Source: Azolla caroliniana
Taxonomy: Eukaryota > Plantae > Polypodiophyta
Length of the DNA stretch: 64,000 nt
Direction of reading: 5' to 3'
Assembly: GCA_043228905.1 (NCBI GenBank)
Contig: JBHGNT010000001.1
Location: forward strand, 2,232,001-2,296,000
Positions 50,601 through 63,038 of the stretch are shown piece after piece (positions within the stretch are counted from its first letter, which is position 1; the number at the start of each line of letters is the position of its first letter). The notes beneath the pieces are model-generated. The model made no database searches. It was not told the DNA's origin and worked only from the letters and a program-made list of their open reading frames with translations. A program made the translations under genes and the position numbers.

Positions 50601-52379
50601 CATGTCCCACTACCCATGGGCGATGAAACCACTCAAATCTGCTGCCATTTTAGTGTCTTTCAAGCACATTTATTGATATACTTGTATTTTTCACTAGGTA
50701 CACGCACTAAAGCTCAAGTCTAAAGTAAAGAAGATTATTAGGAAGAATATAAAATTTGTTTTTTACACTTCCTTTGCATATGGTTCCCCCTAGGATTGCA
50801 TTGACTTCCCAAGATTTGCATGGGAAGCAAGTTAAAAAGAAACACACAATCAAAATATTTTATTCTTGGTAAATGTAAGATATGAAAAAATTGTTTGATA
50901 ATGGGATTCATTACATGTACTTCATAATACCTCCATGGATTCCTTGGAAGATGAGGTTTTCTTCCGATGCCAATGTATCATTGTATGGAATATATATGGA
51001 TAATGGAGGTTCAAGCTTCACAATTTATATTACATACATTGCAATTTGCACCAAAACTACAAAACTATCTTATCCGGCTTATATATGGTTTGCACCATCA
51101 CCACCATATAAATTTGAGCACATTATCTTTTATGTGAAATGGGATGTTGTGACACCAACAAGAAGACTAATCGAATATTCATGTGCTTCAATGTTCCACC
51201 TTTAACCACATTCATGCTTGGTTGCGCACATTCTAAACCCTGGGCCTCTCTCACTCAATCAAATGTGCACTCTCAATTGAAATATTCCAACATCATAATT
51301 ATAGACAACATTGTAAGAATCTTTCAAGGTGAACAATTAGGGGTATCAAGCTATTATTCTTCCAACCTTATACACAAGAAAGAATGAAAAAACATTCAAT
51401 GAGATAAAGACATATGTGGGGTGATCCCTAAGCTCATGATATGTACACATTACATTTGTGGTACATATATGCTTGCAAAGCAGAGGATTTGTTAAATGTC
51501 GCATTTTTATCCAAACACACAAGAACGCCTTTAAATCATTTACATACAAAAAAGGCACACTTTTATTAATTGAATGGATCAATTCTCAAACCCTTCTATA
51601 CAATCACAATAGTGTTTATGAAACATGCTCTGCTTGGGGAAAACGTAGTGAAAGTGTTGGTTCATTCTTTTGGGAACATAAATAATGTCAAAAGGACAAA
51701 GATGCCAAAACATGAAAATGGTATATATTGGACATGTTGCTAATTGGTAAGATATTTAGAAAATGCTTTTAAAATCACATAATTTACTTTGTTGTTGTCG
51801 TAAAGCATATATACTGACTTTAAGAGCATGTTTACCTCACAAAATAACCTTACATTTTGGACCTTTAACAATAACATATCATAATTCATTTTGTTCAATG
51901 ATGTAATATCTACGTGTGCCATGAACATCAAATCCATATCGGATTTTATTCACAACATGAATCAAATGATTATATTATAAACCATGAAAGTGAACCTATA
52001 ATTCAATGTCATATGTTAATGAATGGAAGTTGGTGATCAATCGAACAAGATTCCTTTTATATTAACCATCGACGCCAATTATAAATAGTGTAACGAAGAG
52101 TTGTAAATATATGTTATGCCTTGTACTTCTAATTAAGTATTGAATTAAAGCTCCACAAGGTATATCAAATTAATGAATCCATTCACCCTAGAAGATAAAT
52201 AAAGTCAATCCATCTAAGTACACACCTTCCAATCATGCTTATTATCTTTTCTCACATTCATTAGTTAAGTACCCACCACACGCTTCACCACTTATGATTT
52301 ACGAGCATTGCCATTGCCATTGGCATATAGTAGAACGAAGAGAGTTGAAAAACAAAAAAGGATGGTCTTCTGGGTTCTC

Positions 52380-55010
52380 ATGACATGATAGGGAACAAAA
52401 ACAAATGAAGAAACTCATCTCAAGGATGCAAGAGGATAGGCAAATGTATAGCCGCTCTTCTAGCGATGAAAAAGATCCGAACCAATTTGGGAAGTTACTC
52501 TTACAAATGTGCAATAGTATCGGATTGCTTATTGCAAATGGTATTTCCTTATGGCCCAACACTAATGGTTTTACATGTAGAAAACACAACGAAAATTGTG
52601 TGATTGACTATGTGCTACTTTCCGAAGGTATTTTGGATCGTATACATAAATTCTCACTTGGTGAATGGACACCAGAATCCGATCATAGGCCTTTATGTAT
52701 TGATCTCAAATGTATGCATAGGTTTGATTGTGAGAAGGCTATGGAAGACAATAAACAACTACACTTGAGCATGAACCTTAAGCGAGCGCCCATGTATTCT
52801 AAGATGGTTGAGGATATGTTACAAATGACAAAATACAACATGGAGCCACACTAGAATGCAAATGTGAAGCTTTCAAGAAAGTCATTCTCTCCTATACAAA
52901 CAAATGTTTTTCGACCAACCGCACATCTTGGAAATGCACCAAGAAACTTAGGAAAAAATGGTTTGATAAAGAATGTCGTGAAGCTCGAAAGTGCCTTATG
53001 GTTTTGGATGTAGTTAAGGATAAAGAGAATTACCAAAAGCATTTGCATGAGTATAAAAGGCTTATTCAAAGAAAGAGAAGAATATGGGAAGTTACTCAAC
53101 AATTTATCCAAACGCAAGAGAAAGCACATGCACGTGCTAAATTTTGGGGGAATCTAAAGGGGAAACGTGTTGAGAGTTATGGTGACTTAACTCTTCACAA
53201 CTTGTCTATGCATTGTAAGAATTTATATGAGTTATCTCTTGCCGCAAAGATGATGTGTTATGGTTCTCTTTCACATATGTCTCCCTTCTTTATGATTGAA
53301 GATATATGCATAGGACTTAGTAAATTGGCCTCTCGAAAGGCAAGTGATCTTTAACGTATAAAGATTGAAATGCTCAAATGGACGGACGGGAAAGGAAGTA
53401 CATGTATGGATAAGCGATATGTTTAATGATGCATTGCAACATGGTATGTCGTACGATTGGACTACAAATTGGATCAAACCTTTACATAAAGGTGGAGATG
53501 TAAATAATGTAAACAACTATCGAACTATCATGGTTGGCTCATTAATGACACAACTATTTGGATGTATAATGGAATTAAAGATAAGCGTATGGGCTACAAA
53601 AAATGGTAAGAGAGCTTACGAACAAGCTGGCTTTCGAAAACACCATAGCACCATTGATCACCTTGTCACCCTCCGAGTATTAATGGAGGAAAGTCGTCTT
53701 AGAGGTAAAGGTTTATATTGTTGCCGTGTAGACTTCAAGAAAGCTTTTGATATGGTACCTCGTGAGCATCTTTGGAGACGAATGGAAGAACTTGAGGTCC
53801 CAAGTGAATATATGCTTGCAATTTCCTGAATTTATGAGAAGGTTATATGTTGTGTGCGGATGAGAGATAAACTTCCAGATTTTTTCAAAAGCACTATTGG
53901 TGTTAAGCAAGGATGCCCACTCTCACCAACACTATTTGGTCTATGCATTGATGAATTGGAAGAAATGGTTACCAAGTTTGCAAAGGAAGAATGTGTTGAA
54001 GAAGTTGCCATTGGGAATGTTGTGATTATGCTTTTGCTATATGCAGATGATGTAGTGTTTTTTGCAAATACTTTAGGAGATGCACAAAAGCTTATGAAGG
54101 AATTGGGAAAAATTTGCATGCATACTAAATTAAGTGTCAATAGCTCTAAAACAAAGATTATGCTTGTGAAGAGCCAAAAAAGAGATAAACCATGCATTAT
54201 GTACAACAATGAGCCACTCGAATGTGTGGAAAGCTTCAAATATATTGGCCTTGAAGTTCCTTCAAATCATAGATGGAATGAATGTGCTACACGCCACTTA
54301 GAGGCAGGTAAGCGATCATAACATGCATTTGAGAACACGTGCAATCTTGGAGATATTAAGTGTTGGATCCTCAAGAAATATCTTTTTGACACTTTGGTGA
54401 CACCGGTTTTTCTCTATGGGGTGGAAGTATGGGGCAGTAGCATCCCTAAATCTATGTGGAATGATTTTTAAAATGTCAAAAAACATTTTCTTACCAAGTT
54501 TCTAGAAGTTAAGAAACAAACACCCTACATCCTCCTCCTACATGGCCATGGAAATGGTTGTTGAATACATGCTTAAGGTTCAAAAAAGTCCCTCATATTG
54601 ACTTCCTAGAATGTATGGGAAGCAAGCAAAAAGATCCAAAAGACACATAAAAGCAAAATTTTGTGTTCCGGTTGGATGCAAGATATAGAAAAATGGTTTG
54701 CTAGATGGGATGCGAGACACTTGCTTCATGATGCATCACTAGATTCCTCTGTAAATGAGGCCTTTTTGCAATGCCAATGTATCATGACATGGGACAAATG
54801 TGGAGGCTCACATTTCACACATTATACTACACATGTTGCACCTAACTACAAAACCATATTCTTTGTGGAACGGGGAAACCGTACACATCGATACATGTTA
54901 GAGCCCATACCGTTATTTGCCATTCGAACCATTGCTTCCATGCGACTTAACTCACATGCATTGTGATGTGAGACAAGGTGTTGGGGTACAAGTGATGAGA
55001 GTGGTCACTT
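52380..55010 (+). mobile_element. APE/RT LINE copy 2 (same family as 44836), pseudogenised ORF2
   Basis: Endonuclease C-terminus IDYVLLS...SDHRPL (ORF 52405-52854); RT NYRTI, QAGFR, VDFKKAFD, GVKQGCPLSPTLF, LLYADD and FKYIG. Stops at 53352, 53827 and 54964 match CAA/CGA>T transitions. Confidence 0.92.
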
Positions 55011-55759
55011 TTTCCCTTACCCACTTTATTTGGCGATGTATTGAAACCCTTTACTTGTTGAGTTTCATGAGGCAACAAGGTAGTGACAACACTATTATTT
55101 TGCTTATTCATAGCTGCAATAGGCTTCCCATGGGCAATCAAACAATCTTTTGCCAAATGGCCTCGTTATTCGAAGTGCAACCCCAATGACTCACACAATT
55201 TGTGACTAAAGTTAAATTATCTAACCAAGATCATTGGAGGTAAATGAAAGACTAAACAAGATTGAACATGAGCATGCATACCATGAGGTGTGATGTGAGT
55301 GAAATGATGAATTATTGTCACCAAACGGTATTCCCACTTTTGCAATTGAATGTTACTTCCTTCGTCATGATTCTATTATGCTTTTTTAGATAGAGAATTG
55401 AGGTTATTTTCTTTTATGACATGAATGGTTGCACAACGATTTTAAAACATCATGCATGACGATATTTCATGCCTTTTATCTCAAGGATACAAGAGGATAT
55501 GCATATGTATGATCACTATTCTATGGATGAAAACTTTAAAGGATCTCAATCAATATCAAAAGTTACTTTTATGAATGTGTAATGATACTATAATGTTGAT
55601 TGCAAATGGTGTATCTTTATAGAATGAATCAATGAGTTTACTTGTAGAAAACATAATGGAAATAGTGTGATTGATTATATATGTTATTCTCAAAAGGTAT
55701 CTTATATCCATCCAGAAACTTTTGCTTGAAAAATAAACTTTGATATAAGATAATATGTT

Positions 55760-56100
55760 GTTATGCATTGATCTTAAATGTATGGAAGGATTTGGGTGCA
55801 TGGATCCAAACGATAGTGTGCATAAACTTTAAAAGAGCACATCTATACATTACAAAAGCTTGTTTCAAAATGTTGTAACACTAGAACTCAAATAGTAAGC
55901 TTTCATGACAATCATTTTCTCGTGCAGAATGAAATTCTTTCCAGTTGAGCACATGTCTTTGCAATCGTCCTAATAAATGTAGCTCAAGACAAAAATGGTT
56001 TGATAAGGAATTTTATGATGGTTGAAAGTACCTTAGAATCATGACGTTAGATCTAGTCAATGATAAGGAAAACCATCAAAAGTATCTACATGCATACACA
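55760..56100 (+). mobile_element. Older fragment of the same APE LINE family
   Basis: TTATGCATTGATCTTAAATGTATG...CTAGAA..AAGCTTTCA...AAAATGGTTTGATAA parallels 52694-52970. Confidence 0.65.
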
Positions 56101-57639
56101 AAAGACTTACTCAAAGACTAGTGAATACACATCAACGTTATGTACATGTCTTAACGAGACGAATATGAGAAGTTAAACAATATTGTTTAAACTAGTGAAT
56201 ACACATCAACGTTATGACACGAGAAAATTTGGGTCTTATTGACAACCAATAGATTATGGTGTAGACATGTGACTTGTGAGGATGGTGGTGGACTATGATG
56301 ATACTCCTAATCATGGTACTAGGTGACATGTTTGAGTAGGTAAAACCTCTAAAATTATTTCTAATGGTGACACTCTACACATAATGCCTCATAAAAAGAG
56401 AGGGAAAGGGATCTAAGATCAATGTCAACCGACAAGCATGAGATATGACCAAATGATTTTCATAACATTCATCGTTGATCATAGGCGATATATCGTGTTC
56501 ATGCTACATACAATATATGTTCCTTTGTAATATTGTACAAATTTTTGCAATATTTAGCTCTAACATTTCATGGGCAACCTATTTCAAGGTGTCAACCAAC
56601 TTCAGGACTAGATGATTTGGGTCTATCGTGAAAGGCATCTCTTGTCTATCAATAACTTATACATGTTCTATAGATTTGTGGCTAAGATATCATTTTCAAC
56701 ATATAACTAGTACCCATAAGGCAACAACATCATAAACATGCGAAAATATTTGTGGCATGCCATTAAAGTTTATGTATTGTTGCATTGCAATTTATCACAT
56801 TTAGCCATTTTACAAGATGAAAGTCGCATTATGAACACTCTCCTATCATAAGCTTATTGTATGTCCATGCGCATATGGATGAATATATGTGCGTAGTCAA
56901 CAAGACAAAAACATAATCTTGTTGACCTAAATTTCAAGTGACTACTATCTTGTATGTAGGTATGTGTGTGTGTGTGTGTGCGCGCGCATGTGTGTTAAAG
57001 AACTACAAGGTAATAAACACATTACCAAATACTTGAACTAGGGAAAGTATCGTGCATCAAGGTAGTAGTGTTGTAAACACGCGATTAATGGATGAATACC
57101 CCACATTGTTGACACACATATGTTATTCCCTTTAGAGTGGTTACCAACACTTTCTTTTGTACCATACAACCTATACACGTCACACATATCTAACACTCTC
57201 TTGTCGCACCATCATTTATATGGTGTGTAGTAAACAATGGCAATTTAGATGCATAAAAAACCTCCACATGGGTGCTTTTATTTACGTGAATGTGTGTGAT
57301 TGTGAAAATGAAAAACACACATATAAGTAATGGGAAGTGGGTGGGTGGGGGATATTGAGCGTAGGAAGTCACATGGATATTATAGAAACTTTGTTTACTT
57401 AGACATCTACACAAGTTTGTAAATCAAAGGATTGTCCAACTTGGTGCACGCCCGTTATTCATAAAGACAAAGACAACAAATTCTTTTACCTCATCATAAG
57501 GACAAAAAAGTGTTTGTCAATGTAGTATATATATGGATTACACATTATCATAATAAATAGTGGTAGTAGAACCATAATCCAAAATAAAGAGTTTACCTAT
57601 GAATATTTTGCATCTTACCCTTTTATTTGAGGTATTTAT

Positions 57640-58274
57640 TGTTGGGATTTCGGTCCCTCCGGATGGGATGTCCGGAGATGAATGACGGCAAGCCCGGTTG
57701 CGGTTACGGAACCGGATGATGAAGACCTCGGCTACGGAGCCGGATGATGAAGACCCCGGCTACGGAGCCGGCTGATGAAGACCCGGCTACGGAGCCGGAT
57801 GACGAATGTACCCGGAGAGAGATCCGGATGCGGGGACATATTTGTGAATATGTTTGCCAAGGGCCCTTGAGGCTATATTTGTAAATAGCCCGAAAGTCAT
57901 ATGTGTATAAATATGACTTTGGGCAAACAGTTTTGTTGTTGCTTCTTATTTTTCTGTTTTTCCACTCAAGAGGAGTGAAGAGAGAGCAGCCGTGAGAGAG
58001 GAGGAGGTCGACGCCTCTGTGTATTTCCGCCGCCTGTGGCGAGGACAACGAGCTCAAGGTCGTCGCCTTGCAGCTCGCCACTGTATATTTCTCTGTGCAT
58101 AGTGTTTGGTTTGGAGTCTTGTACTCCCGTGGTTTTTCCCGTCTAGGGTTTTCCACGTTAATCCCTGTGTATTCGTGTTCTTTCTCTGTGGTTCCTATTT
58201 TCTGCTGCATTGATTCGTGCTTACTCGGTTGTGGCCGAGTGGTGAAGGTGAATCAGAGCGTCGATTTCTCTACA
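57640..58274 (+). repeat. 5' LTR (635 bp)
   Basis: TGTTGGG...TCTCTACA; by eye identical to the 3' LTR except for a 16-bp indel. Confidence 0.97.
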
Positions 58275-58277
58275 AAC

Positions 58278-58289
58278 TGGTATCAGAGC
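58278..58289 (+). promoter_or_regulatory. Primer-binding site for initiator tRNA-Met
   Basis: TGGTATCAGAGC, 3 nt after the 5' LTR. Confidence 0.95.
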
Positions 58290-58303
58290 GACTGCTGCAG
58301 AAA

Positions 58304-61300
58304 ATGGAAGGCGGCGGCAGCGGGCAGCCGGGGATGATGGTGCTGAATGCGCAGAATTACGCCGACTGGAAGATCAAGATGGAGGATCTTCTGATTGTTC
58401 GGGACCTGTACGAACCGATCGACAGGTCGGAAATACCGAAGGGGGTACTTGAGTCGGAATGGAGACTTCTGAACCGGAAAGCCGTAGCAACCATTCGGCA
58501 ATTCGTAGACGTGAGCGTTCTACAACATGTGGCGAACGACACCAACGCATATGAGATGTGGCGGAAGCTGTCGGGCCTCTACGAGAGGAAGAATGCGTTG
58601 AACCGGACCTCCCTGATGAGGAAGATAGTGAACCTCAAGTACCGGGACGGCGAGAGTATGGTGGAACACGTAAGCACGTTCATGGGATTCGTGAACCAGC
58701 TTGCGGCGATCAAGTTCCCGTTGGAGGATGCAATGCAAGCCATCATCCTGATGTGTACATTGTCGGAAAGTTGGGAGAACTTGGTGGTGACTCTCAACAC
58801 CTCCTGCACCGAAGATAACTTGTCCCTACAAACGGTAAAAACAAGTATTTTGAACGAAGAAGCGCGTCGGAGAGATAAAGAACCGGCCTCCGATCCGAAG
58901 ATGTTGTTTACCGAATCGGATCGGGGAAGACAACGGAACCGGAGTCCGCAAAGACGGGAGAAGTCGGGGACCCGGTCGCAGTCAAGAGGAAGGCCCACAT
59001 GCTTCCACTGTGGGAAGCTGGGGCACTTCCGAAAGAATTGTCGGCATTACCGAAAAGATAACGGAGCCGACGACACCGATTCGAAGAAGTCTTCGGAACG
59101 AAACGGGGCTTACCGGGGAGCCACGGACCGGAATGGTTCGGATCGGCGAGGGCAGGACAGGAAAGGAACGACGGCACTCGCGGCAAGTGAGGAAGAAATC
59201 ATGCTCATCACCGAAGAAGGTGAGCTAAACATTGCCGGCGATGAGACGACCTGGGTGGTCGATTCCGGAGCGTCGTTCCACCTGACCCCGGAAAGAAGAT
59301 ACTTCTCATCCTACACAGCCGGTGAGCATGGCTGTGTTCGGATGGGAAATGAAGGTACGTGCCGGATCGCCGGCATAGGAGACGTGTGGTTAACAACCTC
59401 GACCGGATGTAAAATGCTGCTGAAGGATGTCCGACACGTTCCGGAGGTTCGATTGAACCTGATTTCGGCCGGGAGGCTAGACGATGAAGGCTACACAGGT
59501 AGCATCCGGAACGGCGTAATGAAGTTCAGCAAAGGGAGCCTGATAGTGGCTCGGGCCCGGAAGATCAACACACTGTACCTGATGAATGCCCGGTTATGTC
59601 CGGAAGAGCTGAATGTGGCAGCCGACACTGCCGGTGAGCTGTGGCACAAAAGACTGTGCCACATGAGTGAGAAGGGGATGAAGAGGCTTGCAGAAGACAA
59701 CCTTATTCCAGTGAAGCATGTGCACCTGGAGAAGTGCACCGATTGCCTGGCCGGTAAGCAGAACCGAACCTCCTTCCACTCAAGGCCACCGACGAGACGT
59801 AGCGCACCATTGGAGTTGGTGCACACCGATGTGTGTCAGGTAGAAACGAAGTCACATGGCGGAGCCCAGTACTTCGTAACATTCATAGATGATCATAGCC
59901 GAAGACTGTGGACGGCACCGATGAAGACAAAGGACCAAGTGTTGTCCGTCTTCAAAGAACTCCACGCGAGAGTGGAAAGAGAATCCGGCAAGAAGCTGAA
60001 AGCGATACGAGCGGATAACGGAGGGGAATACCGGGGACAGTTCCAGGAGTACTGTCGCTCGAAGGGAATCCGGCTCGAGTTTACTGTGCCGAAGACGCCG
60101 GAACTGAACGGGCTGGCCGAGAGGATGAATCGGACCATAATGGAGAGGGTCCGGAGTATGCTGGCGCATGCGGAATTACCCAAGGGGTTTTGGGCTGAGG
60201 CGATGTCGACGGCGACATACGTGATAAACAGATCACCCTCAGTACCTTTGGACGGAGACACGCCGCAGAGAGTGTGGACCGGTAGGGAAGTATCCTACCG
60301 GCATCTGAAGGTGTTCGGGTGTCTCGCATACGTGCATGTGGCAAAGGACCGGAGAGGAAAGCTAGATCCAAAGACCCGGCCATGCATATTCCTCGGTTAC
60401 GGCGATGACGAGTTCGGCTACCGAGTATGGGACCCGGTCGACAAGAAGATATTCCGGAGTCGTGATATCATCTTCATGGAGAACAAGACACTCGCCGACT
60501 GGGAGTCGGAGAAGAAGATGAAGAGCTCCAAGTCGACCGGTGAGGATCAACTCTACGAGGAGCAGTCCCGACCGGCAAGGGACCGGTTAGCACTCGAGGA
60601 TCCGGTCGAAGACGGTGAAGAAACAGAACCGGCCGAAGAAGATGAAAATGATACGGGAACCGGCCCCGATCCCGAAATAGATTCGGATGAAGAAGAATCG
60701 GAAGAACCGGTTACCGAAGCTCCGGAACGGAGATATCCTCTAAGAGAGAGAAGGGCCCCCCAGAGATTTCCGGAACCAGAGCACCTGTTGCTAACCGACG
60801 AGGGGGAGCCGGAGAGCTTTGAAGAAGCAAAGCATGACACCCAGAGCCGCAGGTGGTTGAGTGCCATGCAGGACGAGATGGATTCCCTGCATGAGAACCA
60901 CACATATGAACTTGTGGAGTTGCCGAAAGGAAAGCTGGCACTTCGAAACAAGTGGGTGTTCAAGCTGAAACCGGGAGATGCCGGAAACCCCCCGAGATAC
61001 AAAGCCAGGATCGTGGTGAAGGGGTTTTAGCAGAAGAAGGGCGTCGACTTCGACGAGATATTTGCCCCGGTAGTGAAGATGACCTCCATCCGGACGGTGC
61101 TGAGCATAGCGGCAAGCATGGACCTCGAGGTAGAACAGATGGACGTGAAGACGGCATTCCTTCACGGCGACCTCGAAGAAGAGATCTACATGCAGCAACC
61201 GGAAGGATTCGAGAAGAAAGGGAAGGAGCACCTGGTATGCCGGTTGAAGAAGAGCCTTTACGGACTGAAGCAGGCTCCCCGGCAATGGTACCGGAAGTTC

Positions 61301-62377
61301 GACTCTTTCATGACCGACGAAGGGTACCACAAAACGCAGTCCGATCACTGCGTGTTTGTGAAGAAGTTCGAAGGAGGAGACTCTCTAATACTCCTCCTGT
61401 ACGTGGACGACATGTTGATCGTCGGACGGGACCAGGTCAAGATACGGATGCTGAAGAAAGCACTTCACCGAACCTTCTCAATGAAGGACCTGGGTCCGGC
61501 GAGGCAAATACTAGGGATGCACATCATCCGGGACCGGAAGAAGAAGCAGTTGTGGCTGTCACAGGAGAAGTATGTGACAAAGGTGCTTCACCGGTTCAAT
61601 ATGTCGGAAGCAAGACCGGTCGGTTCAACCCTCCCGGCAAACTGCAAGTTGTCCAGCAAGCAAAGCCCCAAGACAAAGGCTGAGAAGGAGGACATGATGA
61701 AAGTACCATATGCCTCTGCCGTCGGAAGCTTGATGTACGCAATGGTGTGTACAAGACCGGACATTGGATACGCAGTAGGAGTGGTGAGCCGGTATATGAG
61801 TAATCCCGGCAAGGAGCACTGGAACGCGGTCAAGTGGATACTCCGATACCTGAAGGGCACGACAAACGTGTGCCTCCGATTCGGCTCCGGTAAGCCCGAA
61901 CTCGACGGCTTTACCGATTCGGATATGTCGGTTGATGCAGATACCAGCCGGTCCACATCAGGGTATGTGATGACGTATGCAGGGGGAGCTGTTTCGTGGC
62001 AGTCGAGGCTGCAGAAGACGGTTGCGTTGTCAACCACGGAGGCGGAGTACATGGCAGCTATTGAAGCCGGCAAGGAAATAATATGGATGAAGGACTTCAT
62101 TAGAGAGCTCGGTATCCGGCAAGAGGAGTACCGACTCTACTGCGACAGTCAGAGTGCCATCCACCTTGCGAAGAACGCGGCCTACCATTCCCGGACGAAA
62201 CACATCCAGCGAAGATATCACTGGATCCGGGAAAGGATAGAAGACAAGGAGTTCGTGCTGACGAAGATCCACACGAATGAGAACGGGTCGGATATGCTGA
62301 CCAAGGTGCTCACACCCGACAAGCTGGAAGCATGCCGGAAGAGGATCGGATTGGAGAGACATCCCATGCCGAAGTGA
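58304..62377 (+). pseudogene. Copia gag-pol polyprotein in one frame, with one internal TAG at 61028-61030
   Basis: Gag CFHCGKLGHFRKNC, PR WVVDSGAS, IN zinc-binding LWHKRLCH..CTDC, IN core LVHTDVC..DNGGEY..NGLAER, RT QMDVKTAFLHG..LKKSLYGLKQ..LYVDDM, RNase H FTDSD..EAEY..CDSQSA..SDMLTK. ORFs 58217-61030 and 61073-62377 are in the same frame. Confidence 0.95.
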
Positions 62378-62385
62378 AGGGGGAG
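62376..62385 (+). promoter_or_regulatory. Polypurine tract
   Basis: GAAGGGGGAG immediately before the 3' LTR. Confidence 0.9.
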
Positions 62386-62387
62386 TT

Positions 62388-63038
62388 TGTTGGGATTTCG
62401 GTCCCTCCGGATGGGATGTCCGGAGATGAATGACGGCAAGCCCGGTTGCGGTTACGGAACCGGATGATGAAGACCTCGGCTACGGAGCCGGATGATGAAG
62501 ACCCCGGCTACGGAGCCGGCTGATGAAGACCCGGCTACGGAGCCGGATGACGAATGTACCCGGAGAGAGATCCGGATGCGGGGACATATTTGTGAATATG
62601 TTTGCCAAGGGCCCTTGAGGCTATATTTGTAAATAGCCCGAAAGTCATATGTGTATAAATATGACTTTGGGCAAACAGTTTTGTTGTTGCTTCTTATTTT
62701 TCTGTTTTTCCACTCAAGAGGAGTGAAGAGAGAGCAGCCGTGAGAGAGATAGAGCGTGAGAGAGGAGGAGGTCGACGCCTCTGTGTATTTCCGCCGCCTG
62801 TGGCGAGGACAACGAGCTCAAGGTCGTCGCCTTGCAGCTCGCCACTGTATATTTCTCTGTGCATAGTGTTTGGTTTGGAGTCTTGTACTCCCGTGGTTTT
62901 TCCCGTCTAGGGTTTTCCACGTTAATCCCTGTGTATTCGTGTTCTTTCTCTGTGGTTCCTATTTTCTGCTGCATTGATTCGTGCTTACTCGGTTGTGGCC
63001 GAGTGGTGAAGGTGAATCAGAGCGTCGATTTCTCTACA
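62388..63038 (+). repeat. 3' LTR (651 bp)
   Basis: Matches the 5' LTR plus an extra CGTGAGAGAGATAGAG near 62739-62754. Confidence 0.97.

Larger units (their letters stand above)
57640..63038 (+). mobile_element. Full-length young Ty1/copia LTR retrotransposon (Tnt1/Tork-like)
   Basis: TG...CA LTRs, 5-bp TSD TTTAT (57635-57639 and 63039-63043), PBS, PPT and gag-PR-IN-RT-RH domain order. Confidence 0.98.

Noticed and set aside
56117-56216. 26-bp direct repeat ACTAGTGAATACACATCAACGTTATG, 74 bp apart
   Set aside because: Small local duplication at the edge of a decayed LINE with no further structure.
57704-58210. 168-aa antisense ORF in the 5' LTR, plus many antisense ORFs across gag-pol
   Set aside because: Truncated in the 3' LTR by the 16-bp indel; long antisense frames are expected in GC-rich coding DNA.
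61028-61030. U-to-C RNA editing as a rescue of the copia stop codon
   Set aside because: Reverse editing in ferns and hornworts is known for organellar transcripts; this is a nuclear element.
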